DNA of 64,000 nt, taken from Escherichia coli (GTDB taxonomy: Bacteria; Pseudomonadota; Gammaproteobacteria; Enterobacterales; Enterobacteriaceae). The DNA is taken from assembly GCF_050320075.1 (NCBI RefSeq), contig NZ_CP190018.1; one strand, written 5' to 3'. The notes under the pieces are model-generated. The model was not told where the DNA came from. It made no database searches and was given only the letters and a program-made list of their open reading frames with translations. Positions 31,284-42,523 of this stretch are shown here, in pieces; position 1 is the first letter of the stretch; every line of letters begins with the position of its first letter. The translations under genes were made by a program, and so were the position numbers.

Positions 31284-31694
31284 GTTGTTTGTTTTCCCTT
31301 GAAGTCCTTAACGACAAATATCGTTATAAAAAAATGCCAAGCGACACGAGACTAATTACCTGGGCATGTTGAAACAATTCCTTAAGGCCAAATCTGTGGA
31401 CTAACGCACAAAATTATATGCTGTGAGGATAATCTACCGCCGAGGCAAAACGAGTTCGAGATTACCCGATTGGTGCGGTCTTGGCGAGCGGTTTTACATG
31501 ATTTTTTATAAGAAAAAGTGATACAGAAAGTTAATAAGCGGGATTGGTCAATTAAAGTACGATTGAGTGAAGCGCATGCAATCCATTCATTTACTTAGAG
31601 AATGATTTTTGCGTTCGATAGATGAAAGCACGGTGCGCATCATCAGGATTATCCTCACTATAAAAATAACCCTGATGATGTTAATTACTGTGAG

Positions 31695-32408
31695 TTATTT
31701 GTTTTGGAAATGTTTGTTTTTTCCCGGTAGTGATTTGTCAAAAAAGGTGATTAATCGATCACTTAATGGCGTCAGCAACACCCAGGGCAAACCGATCAAT
31801 ATCACGGTCATCGAACCTACAATGATGTCAGTAAACCAGTGTGCGCCAATCATTACTCTGGGAAATGCAAAAACCACAAAAATAATAAGGGCGATAAGGC
31901 CTGCAACTTTGCCGAAATAACGCCACATGAATGCCGAAAAAATAAGCAGCATCATACCGTGATCACCGGGAAAGCTATCTCGTGAGGCATCTTTCGTGGG
32001 GACAGAGAGCAGTTCGCTGACGCGGTTAATATTGGTAAAAGTCAATGTTGGGCTGGCCCGTTTTACAGGAATTAATGCCTGACCCAGCTGGTTTAATACC
32101 ACTGCAGTTAATAGCATGACCAGACCAATAATCACGATACGTCGTCTGCCAGGGGCGTTTTCTTTCAGCCAGAAACTCAGCATCAACATTCCCATCGCCA
32201 GCAGAGAACAACCGTCGAAAGCGCGATTGTTGGTCAATGCAACCAGCCACAAAAAGGCCTTACTTTCGACCAGTTTCTGATTAAAGAAATAAAAAATATC
32301 CGCATCAATCGGCAACCAGAATCCATGATTAACGGGAATATACCAGGAAAGAAACAGCGCGAGGCCGACAATATTCAACAACACTATTTGCGGCAAATTT
32401 TTAATCAT
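31695..32408 (-). CDS. lpxT: Lipid A 1-diphosphate synthase LpxT (PAP2 family), 237 aa
   Basis: Begins MIKNLPQIVLLNIVGLALF; PAP2-type membrane phosphatase pattern; six-frame ORF has 12-codon upstream extension. Confidence 0.7.
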   Translation of the reverse strand: MIKNLPQIVLLNIVGLALFLSWYIPVNHGFWLPIDADIFYFFNQKLVESKAFLWLVALTNNRAFDGCSLLAMGMLMLSFWLKENAPGRRRIVIIGLVMLLTAVVLNQLGQALIPVKRASPTLTFTNINRVSELLSVPTKDASRDSFPGDHGMMLLIFSAFMWRYFGKVAGLIALIIFVVFAFPRVMIGAHWFTDIIVGSMTVILIGLPWVLLTPLSDRLITFFDKSLPGKNKHFQNK

Positions 32409-32446
32409 ATTTTCTCTAATTATCTTACTGAAAAACGCAGGCAACC

Positions 32447-33433
32447 TTACGCGGTAGTCGCTAAACGAAGCTTCAACAGCGCGCTCTGCAAGGCATTCCA
32501 GTCAGCTTCGCTGCTGGAAATCAGCTCAATACGACTGTCCGGTGGCGCAACGTTTTGCGTTTCAATGTGCAGGTCATCGCCCTGACGGTTGATTCGCACC
32601 AGCCCTTCGGGAATACGCATCACGCCTTTGACGCGTTCCACCGGTGCAAGTCGCGCCCATTCCAGAATGCCAATGGTGTCGAATACCGTATCAGCGTCGA
32701 ATATCCAGCCACAAGCCTGATGCCCTTGTCCGCTGTTCAGACTGCGACGCCAGCGTTGATGCTCTGGCAGGCTTAACGCTGCTAACCCTTTTTTCACGCT
32801 ATGATGATGAGAATGTGCGGCGCTGGCGGGCAACTCGGCTAAATTGCGACGCGGCAAATCCAGAAGATGACCGTCAATTTTCCCATGCTCGCTGTGAATT
32901 AATTGCCGATCGCCACCATTTTGCTGCCACCAGCGCTGTAGCGCTTGCTCACTTTCGGGCGTCGCACGGTCGGATTTATTGGCGACAATAATGTCTGCGG
33001 CAGCCAGCTGGTCACGGAAGTTTTCATTGCTGGCGCTTTTTTCGTCCAGCAGCAGGCGTGGATCGAGAATGCACAACGTGGCGCGCAGATCTATCCACGG
33101 TTCATAGACTGGTGCGGTTAAGAGATCGAGGATTTGTTTCGGATGGCCCAGCCCGGTCGGCTCTATCAACAAGCGGTCTGGTTTTCCCTGACGCAGTAAG
33201 GTATTCAATCCTACCTGCATGGGTAAACCATTAACGCAGCACATGCAGCCGCCGGGGATCTCTTTCAGCAATGCGCCGCTATCGGCGAGCAAAGCACCAT
33301 CAATTCCGACTTCCCCAAATTCATTAACCAGTACCGCCCATCTTTCGTTGGGATCTTTATGGGCTAACAGATGAAGAATCGACGTAGTTTTCCCGCTGCC
33401 GAGAAAACCGGTGATGAGGTTGGTCCTGGTCAC
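32447..33433 (-). CDS. yeiR: CobW/G3E-family GTPase YeiR (zinc-associated)
   Basis: N-terminal GFLGSGKTT P-loop, CxCC motif (GGCMCCV), His-rich stretch. Confidence 0.7.
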   Translation of the reverse strand: MTRTNLITGFLGSGKTTSILHLLAHKDPNERWAVLVNEFGEVGIDGALLADSGALLKEIPGGCMCCVNGLPMQVGLNTLLRQGKPDRLLIEPTGLGHPKQILDLLTAPVYEPWIDLRATLCILDPRLLLDEKSASNENFRDQLAAADIIVANKSDRATPESEQALQRWWQQNGGDRQLIHSEHGKIDGHLLDLPRRNLAELPASAAHSHHHSVKKGLAALSLPEHQRWRRSLNSGQGHQACGWIFDADTVFDTIGILEWARLAPVERVKGVMRIPEGLVRINRQGDDLHIETQNVAPPDSRIELISSSEADWNALQSALLKLRLATTA

Positions 33434-33550
33434 AACGGCTCCGCAATACTCTTAAAAGTTAACTGAGCGTTAATCCTGGCTAAAAAAGGCAGAAAAGAGA
33501 AGGGGGGAGCGGACGAAGGCGAGCTTCATCCGCTTTAACCGCAGAAATCG

Positions 33551-35017
33551 TTAAATTTTGAGGGTGTTTAATAGCGCCTGATGCGCGCCGAATTGTGCGA
33601 TTTGTTGCCAGGCTTGTTCGATAGCCTGCACAAAATGCGGGTTATCTGGCAGATCATCACCGAAAACTTCACGCAGGGAAAGCAGGGCGGTGACGCGTTG
33701 TTCACTGCTACTGCCCGCAACAAGTTCGCGAATTTTATCGCTAAGCGGATCGCGAACATCAATGGCATTTCCGGCATCATCAACGCCGCTGACGTAACGC
33801 ATCCAGCCTGCAACGCCTAATGCCAGCAACGACCAGTCCGTTTCGCGCGCCAGATGTATGCGAATACCTGCCAGCATACGTTGCGGTAATTTCTGGCTAC
33901 CATCCATTGCGATTTGCCAGGTCTTATGTTTCAGCGCCGGGTTAGCAAAACGTGCAATTAACTTATCCGCATATTGTGTTAAATCGACATCTTTAATTCG
34001 CAGTGTTGGCGCTTGCTCATCCAGCATTAATGTTCTGGCGGCATGGCGAAATGCGCGATCCTGCATGCAATCACTGATATGGGCGAATCCTGAGAGGTAA
34101 CCCAGATAAGCGAGAAAAGAGTGGCTGCCATTAAGCATACGCAGTTTCATCTCTTCCCATGGCAGGACATCATTCACCATTTGTACACCTGCGACTTCCC
34201 AGGCAGGACGCCCAGCGACGAAGTTATCTTCCACCACCCACTGGATAAACGGTTCGCAGCTAATCGCGCAGGGATCATTCACCCCCAGATGCTGGCTGAT
34301 TTCCGCTAGTGATTCGTCGGTTGCAGCCGGAACAATGCGGTCGACCATGGTTCCCGGAAAACTGACGTGTTCTTTTATCCACCCGGCGAGTTCTGGTGAA
34401 CGTTTTTCCGCCATCCCCAGCACCGCGTTTTTCACCACATGGCCATTGTCGGGAATATTGTCGCAGGAGAGTACGGTAAACGGTGCAAGGCCGCGTTCAC
34501 GGCGTCGTTTCAGTGCTTCGACGAGAATACCCGGCGCGGAGTGAGGTTCTTCAGGGTTTTGTAGATCGTGAATAATCCGCGGATTGCTGGTGTCGAGTGC
34601 ACCGGTGGCCGGGTCAATACAATAGCCTTTTTCGGTAATCGTCAGGGAAACAATTGCCACCTGTGGCTCGCAAAACTTCTCAATAATTGCCGCTAAGGAA
34701 TCCAGTTTTGCATTCAGGCATTCGTGAACGGCACCGACAATTATCGCCTGATTGCCGTCCGCCCCTTTCTCCAGCACGGTATATAAATGGTTCTGTGCGC
34801 GGAGCTGGCTCATCAGTTGATCGCCGCTGAACAAGCTGATTTCACAGATCCCCCAGTCGCCGCCCTGGGCATTCAGCACACGATCGGTCAGTAATGCCTG
34901 ATGTGCGCGGTGAAAGGCACCAAAGCCAAAATGAACGATACGTGATTGCAACTGCTGGCGATCGTAGCGTGGAGCGTGTACATGATGCGGGAGCGTAACG
35001 GAGGCGATTGTATTCAT
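33551..35017 (-). CDS. yeiQ: Mannitol dehydrogenase-family oxidoreductase YeiQ
   Basis: Rossmann GFGAFHRAHQ motif near N-terminus; synteny. Confidence 0.7.
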   Translation of the reverse strand: MNTIASVTLPHHVHAPRYDRQQLQSRIVHFGFGAFHRAHQALLTDRVLNAQGGDWGICEISLFSGDQLMSQLRAQNHLYTVLEKGADGNQAIIVGAVHECLNAKLDSLAAIIEKFCEPQVAIVSLTITEKGYCIDPATGALDTSNPRIIHDLQNPEEPHSAPGILVEALKRRRERGLAPFTVLSCDNIPDNGHVVKNAVLGMAEKRSPELAGWIKEHVSFPGTMVDRIVPAATDESLAEISQHLGVNDPCAISCEPFIQWVVEDNFVAGRPAWEVAGVQMVNDVLPWEEMKLRMLNGSHSFLAYLGYLSGFAHISDCMQDRAFRHAARTLMLDEQAPTLRIKDVDLTQYADKLIARFANPALKHKTWQIAMDGSQKLPQRMLAGIRIHLARETDWSLLALGVAGWMRYVSGVDDAGNAIDVRDPLSDKIRELVAGSSSEQRVTALLSLREVFGDDLPDNPHFVQAIEQAWQQIAQFGAHQALLNTLKI

Positions 35018-35239
35018 AGGAGTCACGTCTTAGTAACGATTAATTAACAATGACAGTGTAAAGTTATATGACAGCAATTGAAATTGGTCTGGATTGTTAA
35101 TGCGATGAAGTGTGAGGGCGATCAATCAACGAGTGAATATTGCGGGCGTAAGGTGTTCAGGAAGCGCAAAATAGAAGATTGGTATAATAAATTAAAAAAG
35201 GGACAGCCTGAGCTATCCCTTTTCTGCATGCGGCTGAAG

Positions 35240-35812
35240 TTAGTCAGCACGCCCCATATAACGGCGTTCTTCGATATGGATACGAATTTTTTCGCCCGGG
35301 CTTAAGTATTCTGGTACCTGAATCACCAGACCAGTGCTCAATGTCGCCGGTTTGTTACGGGCGCTGGCAGATGCCCCTTTGATGCCAGGTGCGGTTTCAA
35401 CGATTTCCAGATCAACGGTCTGCGGCAGCTCAAGCGCCAGCAGTTGACCGTCCCAGGTCAGCACCTGCATGTCCGGCATGCCGCCCTCTGGCATAAACAG
35501 CAACTCTTCTTCAATCTGATCTTTGGTGAAGGTATACGGGGTATAGTCTTCTTTATCCATAAAGACATATTCGTTACCATCGACATAGGAGAAGTCAACG
35601 TAACGGCGGGTCAGAGTCACGGTGTCAACGATATCATCTCCTTTGAAACGCTCTTCTACTTTCAGCCCGGTACGGACATCAGAAAAACGCATTTTGTACA
35701 GCGTAGCGGCACCGCGGGCAGTGGGCGACTGAATATCAATGTCCTTAACCAGCAGCAGTTTGCCGTTGTAATTCAGTACCATACCTTTTTTAATTTCGTT
35801 CGCTCTTGGCAT
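35240..35812 (-). CDS. yeiP: Elongation factor P-like protein YeiP (190 aa)
   Basis: Begins [30 protein letters not shown]; six-frame ORF 35240..36067 is an 85-codon upstream extension. Confidence 0.8.
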
Positions 35813-35966
35813 CGAAAAATTCCTGTAGTCGAAAATGTCAAAAATATCGCGACAAAGTACTCGCGACGGGCCTTTCGGGCAAGTGGTATTCGCACTTTTG
35901 CTGGTGCAAAAAAGGTGGTACTGTGCGCGCTCATCAATCCGGTGGTTAACCTTAAGAGAACAACGT

Positions 35967-36221
35967 ATGGAATGCCGTCCGGGTTGCGGGGCGTGTTGCA
36001 CTGCCCCTTCAATTTCCAGCCCTATTCCCGGTATGCCAGATGGCAAGCCCGCCAATACGCCCTGCATTCAGCTTGATGAACAGCAACGCTGTAAAATTTT
36101 CACCTCGCCACTGCGACCGAAAGTTTGTGCGGGCTTACAAGCCAGCGCTGAAATGTGCGGTAACTCGCGTCAGCAGGCAATGACCTGGCTTATCGATCTG
36201 GAAATGCTGACCGCGCCTTAA
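35967..36221 (+). CDS. yeiW: Cys-cluster small protein YeiW (84 aa)
   Basis: Begins [15 protein letters not shown]; internal start within longer six-frame ORF. Confidence 0.6.
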
Positions 36222-37399
36222 ACATCTTTAATCCGCAGTAAGCAAAACAGAGTGGCGATAATCATCACCATCGCAAACCAGAACACAGCGTGATAATTCC
36301 AGATCTCGGCGACGATGCCCGCCACTGATCCTGCGATGATCCAGCCCACGCGCGAAGTGTTGGTATAGAGCGTGGTGGCTGAACCTGCCTGACCGGGCAT
36401 CAAATCCTGAAAATAGAGCATCCCGATGCCGCCCAGAATGCCAATAAAAATAGCATTAAGCAGCTGCAAGCCCAACAGAATGACAGGTGAATGCGCCATC
36501 AGCATTCCTGCGTAAAAACAGACGCCACCCACGGCAGCAACGCGCATTAAGAAACGCTTACCCAAACGTTTGGCGAAATATCCGGCAATCAACATGGTCG
36601 GGATTTCCAGCCCGGCGGCGGTCCCCATCATCACACCGGCCAGTTTCTCGGGAAGATGCAGTTCGTTGATAATAAATAGCGGCATGTTGATGATGTACAG
36701 GCTGTTCGAGCCCCACATCAATGTACAAATGACAAACAGCAGCAGCGTATCGCGACGGTTACGGCGCGGCGCTTCAACCGTGCCGGTCGCCAGTGGAAGT
36801 TCTTTTTGCATCGACGGTAAAAACAGCCACACCATCACACCGCAAACAATAAACGCTACCGCTGCGCTCAGATACATTACCGTAAAGCTGAAACCCATCG
36901 CTAAGGCATAAGCCAGCGGCGGGCCAATGACCCATGCCAGTGAAACCTGAGCGCGTAAAAAAGAGCTGAACATCACCGCTTCACGTCCGGTTTTGTCAGC
37001 ATGTTCACGGGCGAGGGCAAACATTTGCGGGTTAGCAGTCGAGCCAAAGCTGCTAAGAAAGACGCCAACGAATAGCAAAACAAAGTAGTTGCGATTCCAG
37101 GCAAAAAGAGTGCAGGCCAGCACGCCTAACAGGCAGCAAAAGACAATCAGCGATTTGCGATCGCCGCGCTTATCAGAGCGCCCGGCGAGAAACTGACTTA
37201 CCAGAATCCCAATGACAGCGCTGCCGGTAAAGAAGAATCCCACCATCGCCGGGCGGGCATGTACTTCATCAGTAAGAAAAATACTGAGTGTCGGGGTTTG
37301 TAGAGCGCCCGCAATACCGGTGAGAAAGGCAACGATTAAAAACGCCATCGAGGTCAGGTCAAACGATTTCGCGCTGGAGACTGCGGGGGAGTTATGCAT
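36218..37399 (-). CDS. setB: Sugar efflux transporter SetB (MFS), 393 aa
   Basis: 12-TM MFS protein; synteny next to fruB. Confidence 0.75.
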
Positions 37400-37663
37400 G
37401 CTGGTCGATCACTGGAAGAGGAAGACGCGGAGTTTACGCTGCTTGTCAGAAAATAAACAGACAGCGAAATCAAAAGCGCCACGAATAATCAAAATGCCAT
37501 TTCACTGTTGCTGATTGGCTGCTGACGCTGCTGAAATGAAATTGCTGATAACGGATTTTCCCATCAGCAATTAGGAAAAATGACAAAAAATTGTGCAGCA
37601 CATCAAACTTTTGCTCATAACTTTACGGCTTTCCTTGCGTGCTGAAACAGAAGTATTATGCTT

Positions 37664-37745
37664 TCTTGAAACGTTTCAGCGCGATCTTGTCTTTAACCCT
37701 AAGCCAGGTTGGCGCTTTTTTTCTCATAGAAGCTGAATCGTTTCA
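37664..37745 (+). promoter_or_regulatory. fruBKA promoter region with two Cra (FruR) operators
   Basis: CTTGAAACGTTTCAGC at 37664-37679 and GCTGAATCGTTTCAAT at 37730-37745 match the Cra half-site palindrome TGAA(A/T)CGTTTCA. Confidence 0.6.
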
Positions 37746-37766
37746 ATTCAGCAAGAGAGGAGAACT

Positions 37767-38897
37767 ATGTTCCAGTTATCCGTACAGGACATCCATCCGG
37801 GCGAAAAGGCCGGAGACAAAGAAGAGGCGATTCGCCAGGTCGCTGCGGCGCTGGTGCAGGCCGGTAATGTAGCTGAAGGCTACGTCAATGGCATGCTGGC
37901 GCGCGAACAGCAAACCTCTACGTTCCTCGGCAATGGTATTGCTATTCCACACGGCACTACCGACACCCGCGATCAGGTGCTGAAAACCGGCGTTCAGGTA
38001 TTTCAGTTCCCGGAAGGCGTCACCTGGGGTGACGGCCAGGTAGCGTACGTGGCGATCGGTATTGCTGCCAGCTCGGATGAACATTTGGGCCTGCTACGCC
38101 AGCTGACCCACGTACTGAGCGATGATTCCGTTGCTGAACAACTGAAGTCAGCAACAACAGCAGAAGAACTTCGCGCATTGCTGATGGGCGAAAAGCAGAG
38201 TGAGCAGCTGAAGCTCGACAACGAAATGCTGACGCTGGATATCGTCGCCAGCGATCTGCTGACTCTTCAGGCGCTGAACGCTGCTCGTCTGAAAGAGGCG
38301 GGGGCAGTTGACGCCACTTTCGTCACCAAAGCCATCAATGAACAACCGCTGAACCTCGGACAGGGTATCTGGCTGAGCGATAGCGCCGAAGGCAATCTGC
38401 GTAGCGCGATTGCGGTAAGCCGTGCGGCAAATGCTTTTGATGTGGACGGCGAAACGGCAGCCATGCTGGTGAGTGTGGCGATGAATGACGATCAGCCCAT
38501 TGCGGTTCTAAAGCGTCTCGCTGATTTGTTACTCGACAATAAAGCTGACCGCTTGCTGAAAGCGGATGCGGCAACGTTGCTGGCGCTGCTGACCAGCGAT
38601 GATGCGCCGACCGACGACGTGTTAAGCGCGGAGTTTGTGGTGCGCAATGAACACGGCCTGCATGCTCGTCCAGGTACCATGCTGGTCAATACCATTAAAC
38701 AATTTAACAGTGATATTACCGTGACAAACCTTGATGGCACCGGCAAACCGGCAAACGGACGTAGTCTGATGAAAGTTGTGGCACTTGGCGTTAAGAAAGG
38801 TCATCGCCTACGCTTTACCGCCCAGGGTGCAGATGCTGAACAGGCGCTGAAAGCCATTGGCGACGCTATCGCTGCTGGTCTTGGGGAGGGCGCATAA
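37767..38897 (+). CDS. fruB: Fructose PTS multiphosphoryl transfer protein FruB (IIA-FPr), 376 aa
   Basis: N-terminal EIIA domain and C-terminal HPr-like domain (GLHARPG); SD GAGAGGAG upstream. Confidence 0.9.
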
Positions 38898-39835
38898 TGA
38901 GCAGACGTGTTGCTACTATCACCCTTAATCCGGCTTATGACCTTGTTGGTTTCTGCCCGGAAATTGAACGCGGCGAAGTGAACCTGGTGAAAACCACCGG
39001 TCTGCATGCGGCGGGTAAAGGCATCAACGTGGCCAAAGTGTTAAAAGACCTGGGAATTGATGTCACTGTTGGCGGCTTCCTCGGTAAAGACAATCAGGAT
39101 GGTTTTCAGCAACTGTTCAGCGAGCTGGGCATTGCCAACCGTTTCCAGGTTGTACAGGGGCGCACCCGAATTAACGTTAAGCTGACGGAAAAAGACGGCG
39201 AAGTGACCGACTTCAACTTCTCGGGTTTTGAAGTCACTCCCGCCGACTGGGAACGCTTTGTGACTGATTCTCTGAGCTGTCTCGGTCAGTTCGATATGGT
39301 CTGTGTCAGCGGAAGCTTACCGTCAGGCGTCAGCCCGGAAGCGTTCACCGACTGGATGACTCGCCTGCGTAGTCAGTGTCCTTGCATTATCTTTGATAGT
39401 AGCCGTGAAGCGTTAGTAGCAGGTTTGAAAGCGGCACCGTGGCTGGTGAAACCTAACCGCCGCGAGCTGGAAATCTGGGCAGGCCGTAAACTGCCTGAAA
39501 TGAAAGATGTGATTGAAGCTGCACATGCGCTACGTGAACAAGGTATCGCGCATGTCGTTATTTCACTGGGTGCCGAAGGCGCGCTTTGGGTTAATGCCTC
39601 CGGCGAATGGATCGCCAAACCACCGTCAGTCGATGTCGTAAGCACCGTTGGCGCAGGGGATTCTATGGTTGGTGGCCTGATTTATGGCTTGCTGATGCGT
39701 GAATCCAGTGAACACACACTGCGTCTGGCGACAGCTGTTGCAGCCCTGGCGGTAAGTCAAAGCAATGTGGGTATTACCGATCGTCCGCAGTTGGCCGCAA
39801 TGATGGCGCGCGTCGACTTACAACCTTTTAACTGA
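38897..39835 (+). CDS. fruK: 1-phosphofructokinase FruK (PfkB family), 312 aa
   Basis: PfkB ribokinase-like motifs (GKGINVA, GAGDSMVGG); ATGA coupling with fruB. Confidence 0.9.
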   Translation: MSRRVATITLNPAYDLVGFCPEIERGEVNLVKTTGLHAAGKGINVAKVLKDLGIDVTVGGFLGKDNQDGFQQLFSELGIANRFQVVQGRTRINVKLTEKDGEVTDFNFSGFEVTPADWERFVTDSLSCLGQFDMVCVSGSLPSGVSPEAFTDWMTRLRSQCPCIIFDSSREALVAGLKAAPWLVKPNRRELEIWAGRKLPEMKDVIEAAHALREQGIAHVVISLGAEGALWVNASGEWIAKPPSVDVVSTVGAGDSMVGGLIYGLLMRESSEHTLRLATAVAALAVSQSNVGITDRPQLAAMMARVDLQPFN

Positions 39836-39851
39836 CAGCAGGAGAGGCATA

Positions 39852-41543
39852 ATGAAAACGCTGCTGATTATTGACGCTAATCTCGGTCAGGCACGCGCCT
39901 ATATGGCGAAGACCCTGCTGGGCGCGGCGGCGCGAAAAGCAAAACTGGAAATCATCGACAATCCGAACGACGCTGAAATGGCGATTGTTCTCGGTGATTC
40001 CATCCCGAACGACAGCGCGCTGAACGGTAAAAATGTCTGGCTGGGCGATATTTCCCGGGCAGTTGCGCACCCTGAGCTGTTCCTGAGTGAAGCCAAAGGC
40101 CATGCGAAACCTTACACTGCGCCGGTCGCTGCGACAGCACCGGTTGCCGCCAGCGGTCCGAAACGCGTAGTTGCGGTGACTGCTTGCCCGACTGGCGTAG
40201 CACACACCTTTATGGCGGCTGAAGCCATTGAAACCGAAGCGAAAAAACGTGGCTGGTGGGTGAAAGTTGAAACCCGTGGTTCGGTTGGCGCGGGTAATGC
40301 AATCACCCCTGAAGAAGTAGCCGCAGCAGATCTGGTGATTGTGGCGGCAGATATTGAAGTGGATCTGGCGAAATTTGCTGGTAAACCGATGTATCGCACC
40401 TCTACCGGTCTGGCGCTGAAGAAAACCGCGCAGGAACTGGATAAAGCGGTTGCTGAAGCAACGCCGTATGAACCGGCGGGCAAAACTCAAACAGCGACCA
40501 CTGAAGGTAAGAAAGAGAGTGCAGGCGCTTACCGTCACTTGCTGACGGGCGTCTCTTACATGCTGCCGATGGTCGTTGCAGGTGGTCTGTGTATCGCGCT
40601 TTCTTTTGCTTTTGGTATCGAAGCGTTTAAAGAGCCGGGTACGTTGGCTGCGGCGCTGATGCAGATTGGTGGTGGTTCAGCCTTTGCGTTGATGGTGCCG
40701 GTACTGGCAGGTTATATTGCCTTTTCCATTGCCGATCGTCCGGGTCTCACGCCGGGTCTGATTGGCGGTATGCTGGCGGTCAGCACCGGTTCTGGCTTCA
40801 TTGGCGGTATTATTGCGGGCTTCCTGGCTGGTTACATTGCGAAGTTAATCAGTACGCAATTGAAACTGCCACAGAGTATGGAGGCGCTGAAACCGATTCT
40901 GATCATTCCGCTAATTTCCAGTCTGGTGGTCGGTCTGGCGATGATCTACCTGATCGGTAAACCGGTTGCTGGCATTCTCGAAGGGTTGACTCACTGGCTG
41001 CAGACCATGGGGACTGCGAATGCGGTTCTGCTGGGGGCGATCCTCGGTGGCATGATGTGTACTGACATGGGCGGTCCGGTAAACAAAGCAGCGTACGCGT
41101 TCGGTGTGGGTCTGCTGAGTACTCAAACCTATGGCCCGATGGCGGCGATTATGGCGGCAGGTATGGTGCCACCGCTGGCAATGGGCCTGGCAACAATGGT
41201 GGCGCGTCGTAAATTCGACAAAGCGCAGCAGGAAGGTGGCAAAGCCGCTCTGGTATTGGGACTGTGCTTCATTTCGGAAGGTGCAATTCCGTTTGCTGCC
41301 CGTGATCCGATGCGAGTGCTGCCGTGCTGTATCGTGGGTGGGGCGCTGACTGGCGCAATCTCAATGGCGATTGGTGCGAAACTGATGGCACCGCACGGTG
41401 GTCTGTTTGTTCTGCTGATCCCTGGCGCGATTACGCCGGTATTGGGTTACCTGGTAGCCATTATTGCCGGTACGCTGGTGGCGGGTCTGGCCTATGCCTT
41501 CCTGAAACGTCCGGAAGTGGACGCAGTAGCGAAAGCAGCGTAA
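39852..41543 (+). CDS. fruA: Fructose PTS EIIB'BC component FruA, 563 aa
   Basis: Duplicated IIB domains with CPTGVAHT cysteine motif and C-terminal IIC membrane domain. Confidence 0.9.
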   Translation: MKTLLIIDANLGQARAYMAKTLLGAAARKAKLEIIDNPNDAEMAIVLGDSIPNDSALNGKNVWLGDISRAVAHPELFLSEAKGHAKPYTAPVAATAPVAASGPKRVVAVTACPTGVAHTFMAAEAIETEAKKRGWWVKVETRGSVGAGNAITPEEVAAADLVIVAADIEVDLAKFAGKPMYRTSTGLALKKTAQELDKAVAEATPYEPAGKTQTATTEGKKESAGAYRHLLTGVSYMLPMVVAGGLCIALSFAFGIEAFKEPGTLAAALMQIGGGSAFALMVPVLAGYIAFSIADRPGLTPGLIGGMLAVSTGSGFIGGIIAGFLAGYIAKLISTQLKLPQSMEALKPILIIPLISSLVVGLAMIYLIGKPVAGILEGLTHWLQTMGTANAVLLGAILGGMMCTDMGGPVNKAAYAFGVGLLSTQTYGPMAAIMAAGMVPPLAMGLATMVARRKFDKAQQEGGKAALVLGLCFISEGAIPFAARDPMRVLPCCIVGGALTGAISMAIGAKLMAPHGGLFVLLIPGAITPVLGYLVAIIAGTLVAGLAYAFLKRPEVDAVAKAA

Positions 41544-41554
41544 TAAAAGGTGTG

Positions 41555-41584
41555 TTACAGGGCAGAAATTTCCTGCCCTGTAAC
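41555..41584 (+). terminator. Stem-loop downstream of fruA (12-bp perfect stem GTTACAGGGCAG...CTGCCCTGTAAC)
   Basis: Read directly; a second hairpin GGGCAGA..TCTGCCC plus T6 follows at about 41701-41727. Confidence 0.6.
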
Positions 41585-41810
41585 ATTTGATGCGCGCAAA
41601 GAGAATGACCGGTTTGTGAATGTAATTTTATGAATTTAAATGGTTTTATCTTTTAGTGGAAACCTGAAACTTTCATCAAACACTAAGGTTATTTCCTCAA
41701 GGGCAGATTAATTTCTGCCCTTTTTTAGTGTTCCTGTTCTGTGCATCCCGTCACAGGTGATGCTGCCAACTTACTGATTTAGTGTATGATGGTGTTTTTG
41801 AGGTGCTCCA

Positions 41811-42086
41811 GTGGCTTCTGTTTCTATCAGCTGTCCCTCCTGTTCAGCTACTGACGGGGTGGTGCGTAACGGCAAAAGCACCGCCGGACATCAGCGCTAT
41901 CTCTGCTCTCACTGCCGTAAAACATGGCAACTGCAGTTCACTTACACCGCTTCTCAACCCGGTACGCACCAGAAAATCATTGATATGGCCATGAATGGCG
42001 TTGGATGCCGGGCAACTGCCCGCATTATGGGCGTTGGCCTCAACACGATTTTCCGCCATTTAAAAAACTCAGGCCGCAGTCGGTAA
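41811..42086 (+). CDS. insA: IS1 InsA (91 aa)
   Basis: [43 protein letters not shown]... zinc-finger/HTH protein of IS1. Confidence 0.9.
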   Translation: MASVSISCPSCSATDGVVRNGKSTAGHQRYLCSHCRKTWQLQFTYTASQPGTHQKIIDMAMNGVGCRATARIMGVGLNTIFRHLKNSGRSR

Positions 42087-42508
42087 CCTCGCGCATACAG
42101 CCGGGCAGTGACGTCATCGTCTGCGCGGAAATGGACGAACAGTGGGGATACGTCGGGGCTAAATCGCGCCAGCGCTGGCTGTTTTACGCGTATGACAGGC
42201 TCCGGAAGACGGTTGTTGCGCACGTATTCGGTGAACGCACTATGGCGACGCTGGGGCGTCTTATGAGCCTGCTGTCACCCTTTGACGTGGTGATATGGAT
42301 GACGGATGGCTGGCCGCTGTATGAATCCCGCCTGAAGGGAAAGCTGCACGTAATCAGCAAGCGATATACGCAGCGAATTGAGCGGCATAACCTGAATCTG
42401 AGGCAGCACCTGGCACGGCTGGGACGGAAGTCGCTGTCGTTCTCAAAATCGGTGGAGCTGCATGACAAAGTCATCGGGCATTATCTGAACATAAAACACT
42501 ATCAATAA
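42005..42508 (+). CDS. insB: IS1 InsB reading frame (expressed as InsAB' transposase by -1 frameshift)
   Basis: Frame contains [22 protein letters not shown]...[13 protein letters not shown] typical of IS1 InsB; listed start is the open-frame boundary, not a true initiation codon. Confidence 0.8.
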   Translation: MPGNCPHYGRWPQHDFPPFKKLRPQSVTSRIQPGSDVIVCAEMDEQWGYVGAKSRQRWLFYAYDRLRKTVVAHVFGERTMATLGRLMSLLSPFDVVIWMTDGWPLYESRLKGKLHVISKRYTQRIERHNLNLRQHLARLGRKSLSFSKSVELHDKVIGHYLNIKHYQ

Positions 42509-42523
42509 GTTGGAGTCATTACC

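Larger units (their letters stand above)
41756..42523 (+). mobile_element. IS1 insertion sequence (768 bp), no flanking target-site duplication
   Basis: Ends GGTGATGCTGCCAACTTACTGAT ... CAATAAGTTGGAGTCATTACC; InsA and InsB reading frames; 9 bp flanks CCCGTCACA versus ACATCCGGC do not match. Confidence 0.9.

Noticed and set aside
35240-36067. 275-aa version of the yeiP ORF
   Set aside because: Upstream 85 codons are an in-frame extension without support; the conserved EF-P-like protein starts at MPRANEIKK
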